Shown: positions 24,705-36,522 of the stretch, in pieces
How positions within the stretch are numbered: position 1 is the first letter of the stretch
How the letters are laid out: each line of letters starts with the position of its first letter
From: Paraglomus brasilianum
Taxonomy: Eukaryota
Assembly (NCBI GenBank): GCA_910592345.1
Contig: CAJVPI010000236.1
Span: 1 to 40,518, forward strand
Direction of reading: 5' to 3'
Length of the DNA stretch: 40,518 bases
The notes under the pieces: generated by a model
The model's input: only the letters and a program-made list of their open reading frames with translations
Told to the model about the DNA's origin: nothing
Database searches by the model: none
Translations under genes and position numbers: made by a program

Positions 24705-26683
24705 ATGTCATCATTCACGACCAAAACCCCATTAAGAGGATCGAAAAAACTTCTCCGTCCTTTATCTTACCGTTACATCAATTACACCGAGATGTTCCCG
24801 CCAAATATTAAACAATTGATATCAGATACTTTCAATGATGTTATTGATCCCTCTAGTTCCAGTGATGTCATTGTTTCTTCTAGTTCCAGTGACGTTATTG
24901 TTCCCTCTGTCATTCCTCCAATAAAACGAGATCCCATATCCGAAATAGTCCAGAACGAACAGCGCGATGTGAGGATCGAAGTCGGAGAAGGTGAAAATGC
25001 AAGGACTTTTATGGTGCACTCAATGGTGTTGATGCACAAGGCCGAGTATTTTGAAAAAGCTTTCAGTAATCCATGGGTAAGGATTGAAGATGGGGTTAAG
25101 GTGTTCAAAAAGGGATTTATTCCTCCTGCCGCGTTTGAGGTTATTATTGAGTAAGTTGCAACAAAAATCAATTTCAAGCTTAAAGAGAAATGACTAGGGT
25201 AATATCACTTATTGAATAGACATATAAACTATTTAGCGATCAGTGAGTTAATCAATTAGGCGGTTAGAAACTATACTCTCATGGATAGCCAGCCAATCAA
25301 ACTGTCCGACTAGCAGTGGCGCGCACATCCTATCCTATCGATCATACTCTGTTACATACACACCCTAGCCATTATCCTTGTTTGTGGACCGCCTTTCTCC
25401 CAATATCACGTTACACCTAATATTCAATTGTCTTTTTTATATTCAGATACTTTTACAGGAACAAGATTTCTCCAAACAACCTCTCGTCTGAAGCTACCTT
25501 GACCCTTCTTCTATCAGCTGACGAGATGTGTCTACCAATCTTGCATGAAATTCAAGTCTGTCTCATCAAGCTTCATAGTGACTATTTGCATTCGCGATTC
25601 GCATACATATATTCATTCTCTCGAGATCGAGAAGAATTTGCCTTAATCCAGGAATATTGTCATCGAACGATCAAAGTAACGCCAGAAGTCGTGTTTACGA
25701 GTAGTGATTTCATGGATGCCGAGGAAGACGCCATTATCGAAGCGTTGAACACTCGGAATTATGTTCTTGATGAAGGAAAGGTTTGGGACATGGTTCTAGA
25801 TTGGGGTATTAACCAAATGTTAGCAACCATGGAAGATGAAGACAACGAAGAAGAGGGGGGTGATGATATTAATACAGAACACACTACTTCTAATACTGCC
25901 GATACGTTCTCACCCCGATACCAAATACGGCACTGGACATTGCGTCATTTTTCTGCACTATCCTCGATACTCTCTCGCATTCTTCCCCACTTCCGTTACG
26001 GTGAATTTTCTAAAAAGGAATTCATGTCCAAAGTATATCCTTTCAAACAAATATTCCCTTATTCCATGATTCAAGACATTCTAGGGAACTATAAATATCC
26101 TCAGTATATTCCGCGGATGCCGAGCGCGCGTCCACGATTTCTTTTGAGCGATATGCACTTGTCGTGGTTGAGCCACACTATTTCCGGTGAGATGGGACTA
26201 GATCAAGCACAGTTGGATTCGTATAGGACATATCCCAGACAAGCAAGGCATCATTTCCGATTACTACTTCGTGGTACAAGGGACGGATTCTCTTCAATGA
26301 CGTTTCATTATCGATGTGACGAACGAGGGCCAACTGTTACATTAATAAAACCGTATGGTACAAACGACATCATTGGTGGATATGTTTCAGTTTCTTGGTT
26401 ATCCGACTGTAAATATCATGCGGCCGATTCCTCTTTCTTGTTTAGCATAAAAAACGAAAGGCTGATACTCTCAAGAAATAAACAGCGTGAAAGGGTAATG
26501 TGGGCAAGTTTGACTTGTGGTCCGTCGTTTGGCGACGAAGAGTTGCTTTTATGGCGCGATAAGTCTACACAGGCATTTGCAAAGTGTAGTAATAAGAATA
26601 CGGTGTTTGAAAAGAGTATTGGGATACAGGGTGTCTTTGCAGTCGAGGAGTATGAAGTTTTGAGTCTTTCCAAAGTGTGGTAA
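24705..26683 (+). CDS. BTB-BACK-TLDc protein #4 (subfamily B), 2 exons, ~560 aa
   Basis: ATG at 24705 (MSSFTTK), exon 1 to 25150, intron 25151-25446 (gtaagt...ttcag), exon 2 25447-26683. Motifs DVRIEVGE...FMVHSMVL, SADEMCL and LLLRGTRDGF...GPTV...IIGGY...GPSFG...VEEYEV. Confidence 0.88.
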
Positions 26684-27176
26684 AAAAAAAAAAAATTGGT
26701 TGAACTATTCAAATATTTTTACTCGCCGAAATTTTATTCCCAGCTTCCTTTTTTTTGTAATTGATCATGTGAACGAAACTTGAATTAGGTTGTCCGTGTA
26801 ATTTCGACACGGAATTTAACCCCCGTGAATAAAATTTTAAAAATTTTCAGAAAAGGAAAAATATCTTACACAAATTATTACACATAATCAACGTCACCCA
26901 TTAATTTTACATCTTCCCCTTCCCAATTAATAATAAACCCCGGGAACCAATGATGATGTTATTACCTAGTTGGCAAGTTACTGTAACATATTCCAAATGT
27001 ATGCAATGAATATCCACTCTAAAATTTCAACCTGCATCGTGTTTAGACTAATCAAAGAGGTTGGACCCAAATGGGTAATTATCTCCTCACCTATTATGAT
27101 GTACCCTGTAAATAAAACTTTAAACATCTTTTTCTCTCCCCTTCATATCAGATCGGAAGGCAAAAAACCACATACA

Positions 27177-28834
27177 ATGACTTGCTTCTGGCGGAAATTA
27201 AAATATTGCTTTAACAAACCATTGCTTATTTATAATGATTCGATTACCTACGAAGACTTTGTCAATAGTTCCTTTTCGGCACATTCTTACGATTTATCCA
27301 ATGGTGATTACGATGTCAAAATCGAGGTCGGAGAAGAACCGAATGTGCGTATCGTTTGGGCTCATTCGTCTATCCTGAAAGAGAGATCGATATATTTTAA
27401 GGTTGCTTTGAGTGGTAACTGGACAAGGAAACAGAATGGCATAATAATCTTTAAGAAGCCAAATTTGAGATACGAAGTGTTTGCGTCTCTGGTTAAGTAA
27501 GTTTCTCTATGTGGCAAAGTCGAAACAGTGAGAGAGTAAAATGACACAGTAGAGCGATTGAAACGGCTGCGACACAATGGTATATAAGTCCATGGTTGCT
27601 ACTTTAATTCAATGGATGCTCTAACATTTTTTCTGTTCAGTCAACTAACTCTCGCTTTCTAACTTTTTATGCAAATCTTCTGCATACTCGCCCTCTTCTC
27701 AGATACTTGTACACTGGACGGCTGTCACTCCAATCGACATCCCCACTCACTGCGCTGGGCCTTCTTCAAGCAGCAGATGAGCTATGTTTACAAGAACTTC
27801 TCGATTACATACAGCGTTACCTTTTACGAAATCCGACATGGTTAGAAAAGAACTTTGCCCTGCTGTACTCGACATGCGTTCCACACAGCGCATTCACACG
27901 GCTACAAGAATATTGCAACCACGTTGTCGAAGACCTACCGTATTTAATATTTGCATCTGAAGACTTTACATTGCTCGATGATGAGCTACTTCAGTCGCTG
28001 TTAAAACGAAACGAGATCGCGATACCAGAAGACCGCCTATGGGTACGACTACTAGACTGGGGAATAGCACAAGCCAACTTGCATTCAAACAAAAACAAAT
28101 GGACTTTATCAGACTGGCAATCGCTACAATCTGCATTGGATCCGTTTATTCCATTGATCAGATTTCCGGAAATATCACAGTCATGTTTCGTGAGGAAGGT
28201 GTATCCATACAGACAATTGTTATCGCATGATAACTTTCATGGCGAATTAACGTTGCCTCGTCTTGGACCAAAACCATCCACGCGCTATCCAAAAGATTTG
28301 TTGGACAACCAACAGCTAACGTGGATATCAAAGTATATTGGCGGAAAAGATCCATCATACTCGGAGCTTACTTCGGACAAATTTAATAGCACACAATACA
28401 AGTTTGGATTGATCCTCGATGGATGTCGAGACGGATATACATCAGAGACATTTCATAAACTGTGCGATAATCAAGGACCGACAATAATAGTAATGTCGAT
28501 CAAGGAGACGAAAGAGATTATCGGAGGATTTAATCCTCGTAGTTGGAATTCGTCGGACGCGCGAATAAAGACGTCTTATTCGTTTCTGTTTACCTTGACG
28601 AACGGAAAACTGGTCGTATCTCGAGTAGCACATCCGCAGTTGGCGGTGCATTGTCATGGAAAATTTGGACCGATATTTGGAGATTGGGATTTGGTGATGT
28701 ATGGCGATTTCAAGAAGGATAAAGAGTGCTTCTGTAGACGACATGCTTATACAAAGCATATTAGAGCATTAGATAGTGGAAAGTTTTCGGTTGACCAATT
28801 CCAGGTGTGGAATGTCAAAGAAGCCAGTTCATAG
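27177..28834 (+). CDS. BTB-BACK-TLDc protein #5 (subfamily B), 2 coding exons, ~483 aa
   Basis: ATG at 27177 (MTCFWRK); an acceptor-like site at 27151 may mark an upstream exon. Exon 1 to 27496, intron 27497-27702 (gtaagt...ctcag), exon 2 27703-28834. Motifs YDVKIEVGEEPN...AHSSIL..RS.YF..ALS..W, AADELCL and GPT..IIGGFNP..GPIFG. Confidence 0.88.
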
Positions 28835-28848
28835 TATACAAGAACACT

Positions 28849-28852
<4 letters not shown>

Positions 28853-28886
<34 letters not shown>

Positions 28887-28997
28887 GCACACACACACAC
28901 ACACATACACACATACATACACACAAACACACACAAACACTAACATACATATACAACACACACACACACACTAACATACATATACAACACACACACG
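28853..28997. repeat. Long imperfect (CA)n/(CATA)n microsatellite just 3' of gene #5
   Basis: Directly visible. Confidence 0.95.
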
Positions 28998-29271
28998 CAG
29001 CTCATATATAATAATAATTGGGGGTGAGGGCATATTAGATAATAAAGGGGAATTATCAGGTATGGGTTAATAAATAGACGAACGCATTTATTATAAATGC
29101 TTTTAATCAATCAGCTATACAAGTGTCTACAATCAATGCATTGTAAAAATGCTCCCACCCATATATATGTATATATTTACGAAAAATAGATAAATCCGAA
29201 CCACCATTCGCGTTTCCCATTCCATCCTATCTATCCTATCAAGCAAACAGAAAATGGCATGTCAAACTATT

Positions 29272-30837
29272 CTACGACTCGGCGGCGTTATCTAATGCTC
29301 CCTCCACTTGAAAAACTTCGATTTCTTCGACATTAAAGGTAGGTATTTCTCTCAGCGGTGCTTCGTATGAACTCTTTTTACAATGAGATGGCCTAGACAT
29401 TATACTCGGACCGAACACAACCAGGTCATGACCCTTCCCAAAGGCAGGACCATTTGAAGATCCACAATAAATCGCTCTTTCGCTATCGATGACTTTAAAC
29501 TTTTGCAGTTTAGAGCGTGTCCACGGTATGCCCTTGTAGGCTTCCGTCTCTTCTATCAATACCCGGTTGAACAAGAAGCTCTTCGAGGTCCCTTTGTATT
29601 TATTACTCATGTCCCAGGGCAAAGGGTTGTATCCTCCAAGAATGTCTTCCGTGTCTTTTACTTTGATTACTACTACGGTTGCACCTCTATTATCGCAAAA
29701 TCTGTGAAAATTCGCATCGTTAAATCCATCTCTGGTTCCACGGTAAATGAGCCTCATCGTGTACTGAGCGCTTGACGGATCATTGTTGAAGGATTCCGAA
29801 TCGATCCAATTTGTAATGGCAGCGCATTGTGTCCGGGATAGCAGACGCGAGTCAAATCCCAATCTGTGTTGCTGGATTTCGCGGCTTCCGGCATCAAGAA
29901 AGAATTGCAAGGTTTTCTTGTAATAGTCTTTTGGCAGAGAGTCTTGATACGGCTGTACGCTATGGAAAAAGTCTTGTGGTAAGACTTGGCGTATATAAAT
30001 GTAAGGAAGAAACGATTCTAGGCGTTTGCCAAGCTCGACAAAATCATCATGCTTAAAGTTCGAGGCATCATTTGGAAGGCTCGGGTTTTGTGCCTTGGCC
30101 CATTGCAAGACTTTATCCCAAATTTTGATTTCTTCCGTGAGTAAATCGGGTCTTCGTACGATTTTTTCCAATGTCGGTCTATCCAAATCATTCAAATCAT
30201 TGGCATCGAAAACGTCATCAGGATTGTTGCCGATGACGGTCTTGTCGACGAATTTCTGGAGTAGACTGAGGTTGGGGTGTCCTTGGCAGAAATTTTTGAC
30301 TCGCACAAACTCGGCTTTCAATTCCTTTTCGTATTTTTTTATTGTATAGGCTTGCGTAAACTTGCAGGGATGGTCCAATTCCAACGTGTGAGTGATTGAA
30401 ATCAATTCCAAAAAGACGGACATACCAGCCAGGTTTTGTATTTGAAGAATTCCGAAGTACATGTACCTGGAGTTTTGAAAATAAATAAAAGAGTATTACA
30501 CATTTGATGTAGCAAGTTTTGAACATTAACCAAGTTGCTAACAAACATACTGGAGTACGACACCAAACACGGGAGGTGAAATGTGTTCAAAAACAAAAGG
30601 GTCGCCCGTATACTCGGCTATCCCTTCAGTCTCTTCTAACTCTCTTTCAACCAACTGTTTACGAAAATACGGCGAGCGAAGACTCAACATAAATTTATGA
30701 GCCTGAAAGGTCTGCTTTGCCAGATCCTTGCCGGCAGATATGGACACGTCATAGTTACTATCTGGCCTAAGTAAATTCTTGATATCATCTAAAAGGTAAT
30801 CTTTGTAGTCAATAGTCGTTGGTAGGATTGACGACAT
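29272..30837 (-). CDS. BTB-BACK-TLDc protein #6 (subfamily A), 2 exons, ~493 aa
   Basis: Exon 1 30837-30551 (YDVSISAG...FQAHKFMLSLRSPYF), intron 30550-30467 (gtatgt...ccag), exon 2 30466-29272. TLDc: LIYRGTRDGF...GATVVVIKV...ILGGYNP...GPAFG...VEEIEVF. Confidence 0.92.
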
Positions 30838-31792
30838 TGTGTGTTGATATGTAAATGGGTTTTATTGAGGAAGGGAAACCGAAACTCGTGCAATTCGGCT
30901 CGAATCTATAAATATATAAGAGATTTTTGAAGGTATCTGACCAATAATTGGTTATCTTTTAAACAAACGATTTCTCAGACTTTTGGCTTTATTACCTTAC
31001 AATGGTCATTGGACAACATAGGTTTTTATATATTTATTAACGGGTTAACGACACAGCCATACATAAATGAGACAAAGATGTCTTATTGTATAATACAATA
31101 AAAGTGTTTTGCATATAGCGCAGAATATAGTTTCTTGTGAAACGATGTTTTTTGAATGACAAGCGTTTATGCTACTTTATTTGAAACATTGGTAACACTG
31201 TTCTAACCACAAAAATGTTAGTTTATGCGTGAACACACTAGATGGGGTTTTGCCCATTTGACGAGAGAATTTCCTACGCTTTGTACTACAATCGAATGTC
31301 ACTTTTTTCTTCTTCAAATCGTTCATTGATATCACTGGATGTTTGGAGGTCGCTGTCAGTGAGAGGGAGTTTTGCAAGTAAGATATACTGTGGGGGTTGA
31401 CGATAGCTCTCTGTTCTTTCTTGGTCTAGACTCACGTGTCAGATGCATTAAAGTTCAGCCCATGTATTATTTTGTCAAGATTTCGATTATTGATAAAATC
31501 TGCGCACACAGTCTTACTCATTTGGTTAGATTGGTGATACATAAATAGCCGCTTTCTTTTTTTTTCCTATTCTTTTCACACTCCTGTATTTTTTAACAAT
31601 TCGCAATCGGCCAAGGGGACGGGAATACCAAGCTTGACGAAATATTTGACAAAACAAACCTGCGTATGATAATCTATAAGCTATATCCAGATTGGTGTAG
31701 TTTTGTTTTGTTAAATTGGGTACCATCCTAGTTTTGGTAAAATTTTGTTATAATTACACCGCCGGCATCTTTAAATTCGATGTTTTCTGCGA

Positions 31793-31882
31793 TGTGTGCG
31801 TGCGAGTATGGTGTGTATATGTGTGTGTATATGTGTATATGTGTTGTTTGTGTTTGTGTGTGTCGTGCGTATGCGTGCGCGC
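31793..31882. repeat. Degenerate (GT/GC)n low-complexity repeat
   Basis: Visible gtgt/gcgt runs. Confidence 0.75.
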
Positions 31883-33788
31883 TTGAGTGAGAAACAGAAT
31901 GTGTGAATACGAGTAATTTTATTACCAGCATTTATTACAAATGAAACTGTAGTTTGAGAAAAATGCAACATTTCGAGTTTTTGGCGTCAGAAATGATAAT
32001 GTCCAAATCCAACTCCATCTAAAAATTTAAATTTGGTCTGCGAATACTATAAATGTAATGTAATGTATACACAGTGAAACTCGATAAGTCGGACAACATA
32101 TTGTGCTGAGCTAAGTCAGATTCACGTGATTTATATAAAAGTCATGTTACTCACCAATCATTTGGCGATTAAACAAAATGTTTATATCATTGACGATTAG
32201 AAAGGACGTTCTTGTAATGTAAACAAAAAAAATTATACGTGATAAAATCATTTTGCATTGCGAAACAACGCATTAATATATTTTTAATATTTCGAAAATA
32301 TGTATAAAAGGTTGATTTCCCGACCTTCAGAATAATAAAGATCAAAGTTTAAATTCCAACGTGTCAACAATAGCGTATTCGATTAGAATAAGTTAGCGCA
32401 CTAATGGAAACTGTTGTCTATTTCATATTACGACATTCTAATGTTAATGAGACGTCTTTTACAGAGTTACTCGGAGCACTGTATCCCGCACGTTGAAGCA
32501 ATGTTAAGGAATTATAGATGTAGGCACAAGATTAATGATACAAAAGCCAAATGATCATTGTAATTGACTAGGTATATATAATACACAAATAAATACTCTT
32601 ATTTGCTTAATCGTTAATTATCACTTTCATATCGAAAACTTAACTTTGCCAAGTTCGTGGGCTGCTGACTTGGTGACTAGATCAACAACCAACAATATAT
32701 TCAACAGTATATGTACGACGAGTGTTCTAGTACTAGTTTCCCTTACTACACCCCCCTGCCAAAAGTATAAATACGATGCAAGATTTTACTAGCAAAACAT
32801 ATAAAAAAATAAAGGTTTACTATTGCATCAACGTTCATACTTAAATCCTGTTCAGTCACTTTTTTACTTGAAGTTTTTGCCCGCATCGGGCTTGTATTTT
32901 TATGTCTAAGGGCAATATTTCCATCTGTTAAATATTATCCTTAATAACCTTACGTATATTAATTCAAACAACGTCGACCGACCGTAGAACACTTAGATAA
33001 AACGTGTAAAACTGTTGATACCATCCATCATTATCATTGTGTTATGGTTACAAAATAACAAAATCGTTTACAAAGTGAACGGCCTTTGATTAATTACCAG
33101 CAATGAGGCCACAAGCAATGCACATCACTAAAGGTGATTCTGCTCCTATTGCTCATTCATCAGACATAGTAATGCACTGTATGTCTTACCTGGTGAAATA
33201 CATAACGAGGATGCTCATTATTTCCATTTAGCCATAATAATAGGTTTTCTTCTAAAAATGACGAGCAACAATTATTGCCAAGTTTCGCTGATGCTGAATT
33301 ATTATTTCCTGATCTATTTCCCGATGGTCTTGTATTTGCGGGATTTGCATGGTGACGGGATTTACATACGACATATAAATGCTTATACTAAGAAAATAGA
33401 GTCTCTTGGTTACTCGTTCAAAACAGTGGCTAAGTGTTTTTGGTCAGAATCTATCGTTGTAGGATAAACCCTTGATATAAATCGACTCATGAGCAAATTT
33501 TGAGACTTGGATAATAAGGAGAACGACACTCTTAATTTTTAAATTTAATCAATTTTGTGAATCAACTTTTACACCGAATTGACTTTATTTTGCCGGTAAA
33601 TTCTATTAATTCGACCCGACCTGTATTGATTGATATATTGCTACTAGCAGAGAAGGTGCTATAGATAAATACAATCGAACAACACTTGTATAAACCGTTA
33701 ATAATCCGTGTTTACAAGTTTATTCGAAAAGAGTCCGGGTCGCTAAATTATGAGACAATAGACGATTTAATATTATAAATTGACTTAT

Positions 33789-34490
33789 TTAATAACCAAT
33801 TTCTCTCTTCATACCTGCGGCTGAATCCAAATCATAACCATTTCCATTTCTCGGTTTAGGTAAATCTGCTATATATAGATAAAGTTTATTAGAGTATTTA
33901 CTCTCTTTCTCGAGACGCGATAAGGGTCCTACATTACTAGTATAATAAACAACATTCCAAATGTTGTCCGAATAATTCTTAGTAAGATTGTAAGTATATT
34001 CCCAAATTGTTTCTGCATCTGGACGCTTATCAGAATCAGCATCACAACACCACTCAGCAAGTTTTTTAATCTCTCTGGTGTTGAACTGGTCATAGTATCG
34101 CATATCAAGTTTCTATCAAATTTTCTATCTCTAAAAGGTGGTTCACTAGTAGCAATCAAATACGTAATAATGCCGAAAGAATATATATTGTCTGATTTCT
34201 TTGTGAATTTGCAAGTATAAAAAACTTCTGGTGCAATAAAGGGCAAAACGCTTCGAATAGCCGAGTTTGACTCGCATGAATTTACTGATCGTGAGACCAA
34301 AATCACAGATCAATGATTCACTTGTATAAAAATCATTTTCTGTCTCAGACTGACTCTGATATCCGTTGTCATGAAAAACTGTGTTTCCGCCATGAAGATC
34401 ACAATGCACAAGTCCTGCATAATGAACAGAACTCATATACATTGCAATATCCCTCAAACACTGTAATTTCATTCTCCACGTCAATTGTTA
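33789..34490 (-). pseudogene. Tyrosine-kinase-like (TKL) protein kinase pseudogene, C-lobe only
   Basis: Kinase subdomains are split over three frames: VHCDLHGGN and ICDFGL (34484-34146); VLPFIAPE, SDNIYSFGII and EPPF (34306-33929); WCCDADSDKRPDA (34103-33789). The N-lobe is absent. Confidence 0.88.
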
Positions 34491-36158
34491 ATCACATATG
34501 ACAGTTAACCTCTTACCTAGCAACTGGCAGACATTAGAAATCGAGCGCCACCCTGATACAGATTACAAGAATCCATTATTGGTACAATTATTTATCATCA
34601 TATGCTCTGGAAAGCATATACTCACCACGTCTTTGATGGAAAGCCGCCCAAGAAATCAAAAATCTCTCTCTAAACCTCATCCTTTCCTTTTGGTCTGCTT
34701 CCCTTCCTTGCATCTCATGCAAGAAAGAACACCCTCCCTGGTTCCCTGTCAAATTTATTATTGACATGGTCAAGCTTTAATTAGTCTAGAACTAGATCTA
34801 CTTTGCATTTTTAATTTTTAGAATCTTGTTAAGCCCAAACATGTATTATATACGTGTGAAAAAAGCAGCTCTATGTTTAATAAAGGACACATAAACTCAT
34901 ACTTAAATCGCGTTTAGTCACTTCTTTCACTATTTGCTTGAAGTTTATTAACATAAATAAAATAAACAATTAAATGCAACAAATTTTTATTACAGTGGAG
35001 GCCCGACCGTTTTGGTGTGTGGCGTAATTTTTTTTTTGTTTTTTTTTTGTAGAGAAAGTAACAATTTAACACAGAAACCATCAAACCACGTATATTATTT
35101 TGACACCGGTTGAATCTGCTTTAATTTTTAAACTATTTGCCTTAACTTTTGCTAAATCCTCTTCCACGTATAAACAAACCCAATAAAAATCTAAGCGGGA
35201 CTAAAATAATGTTTAACGTCAGAATGATTGATGATTAATTTACCAAAGATCAGAAATAAATTATAATTATGTCGCTAATAGTGAATTCTAGAGTAACGTG
35301 ATCTTCAGAAAAAATCTTAATTTCACATGGTAAGATGTACTTGTCAAGATTTACGATAAACACGACGTATCTCCGTGATTTCCGACGAGTTACCATTACA
35401 CCAACATTTCCAGCCGCAGCTCAATATTTGTAGGACCCAATAATGAAACAGATTTCGATATATCGGATTTGTTTCTTTTAATTTAATTCTCATATATTTA
35501 TTAGATATATAAGCAGTCGTAATTTCCTTAGCAAACGGTGTCTTCGGTTGAATAGATTCGATCTTGAATTTAAGAATTGTTATAACATAGGAAATCAAAT
35601 AAACATATTATATTTATAAATAGTATTCTCTGATCTATATTGTGGAGCACCGATAAAGCATGAAAACGCTTTCTTGGTCGGTGTTTGATAGAATCGATCT
35701 TGCCCCCGGTACTACCGTCCCTTGACAATAAAAATTTCTAATTAATTGAGACATCGAGTAGAATAGTTTCCCGACCTATAGGCTTTCGACATAATCCCAC
35801 CGAGAGAAATAGACGTATCTCGAGGTTAATTAGAAATCCAGAGAAAGCGTATGCAAGACCGAACTCATAATCGTGAGCGTTTAAACCCAGCATAATAAAG
35901 GTCACCAATTGTTATAGCGGATTTACCGAAGTAGAGGTAATCAAGGATCTCGTTGGAAAAAGGCTAAATCTCAAGGTCAATATTCGTTCCGCTCCCCCCC
36001 GAGTATTGGCTCGACGTACTCAACATGACGGCCTTTAGCCTTTATATTTAGAACAGTGTATAGAATAGTCTTAGTTGATGTTTTATCTACAAAAGTAACG
36101 TTTGATGTTATTGTACAGTTGACCTTTGAGAATCAAAATTTGTGTAATACTTACTGAA

Positions 36159-36312
36159 GGGTCCGTATTATTTCATCGACAATCATTTCACCGACAGTAC
36201 ATTTCATCGACAATTAACTACCAAAAAAGGATAAATTCGAAATAATGTTGGTGAAGATTTGTCGGTGAAATGATTGTCGACGAAATGATTGTCGACGAAA
36301 TGATTGCTTCCC
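36159..36312. mobile_element. 154-bp foldback MITE, Mutator/MULE-like, with 9-bp TSD CTTACTGAA
   Basis: The direct repeat cttactgaa occurs at 36150-36158 and 36313-36321. The termini are GGG...CCC. Both arms are built from 15-bp units (aatcatttcRYcgac) in inverted orientation and align without gaps. Confidence 0.85.
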
Positions 36313-36522
36313 CTTACTGAAATATGCAAATGCACAGGTTTATCAGATTTATTTTTCAACATAATGCCAAGTTTGTATTGATTCGGGATACATAGAATAT
36401 CGGTATGCTTAACTGATAAACCAATACGCACTGCATTATTGTAATATTAAAACTTACAATATTGTTCCAAGAAATCGTTAAGCAAAAATTACTGAGAATA
36501 AATAATAACATTGAGCAACTCA

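Noticed and set aside
28747..28992. Cys/Val-rich ORF (also the His/Thr-rich ORFs at 31728-31971)
   Set aside because: Translations of CA/GT microsatellites
32070..32484. Pogo-like terminus cagtgaaactcgataagtcg (also tacagtggaggcc at 34991)
   Set aside because: No matching opposite TIR found
32800..36050. Protein-like fragments around the kinase pseudogene (e.g. ENLLLWLNGNNEHPRYVFHQ on -, VIKDLVGKRLNLKVNIRSAPPEYWLDVL on +)
   Set aside because: Short, stop-ridden and not assignable to any family without a search
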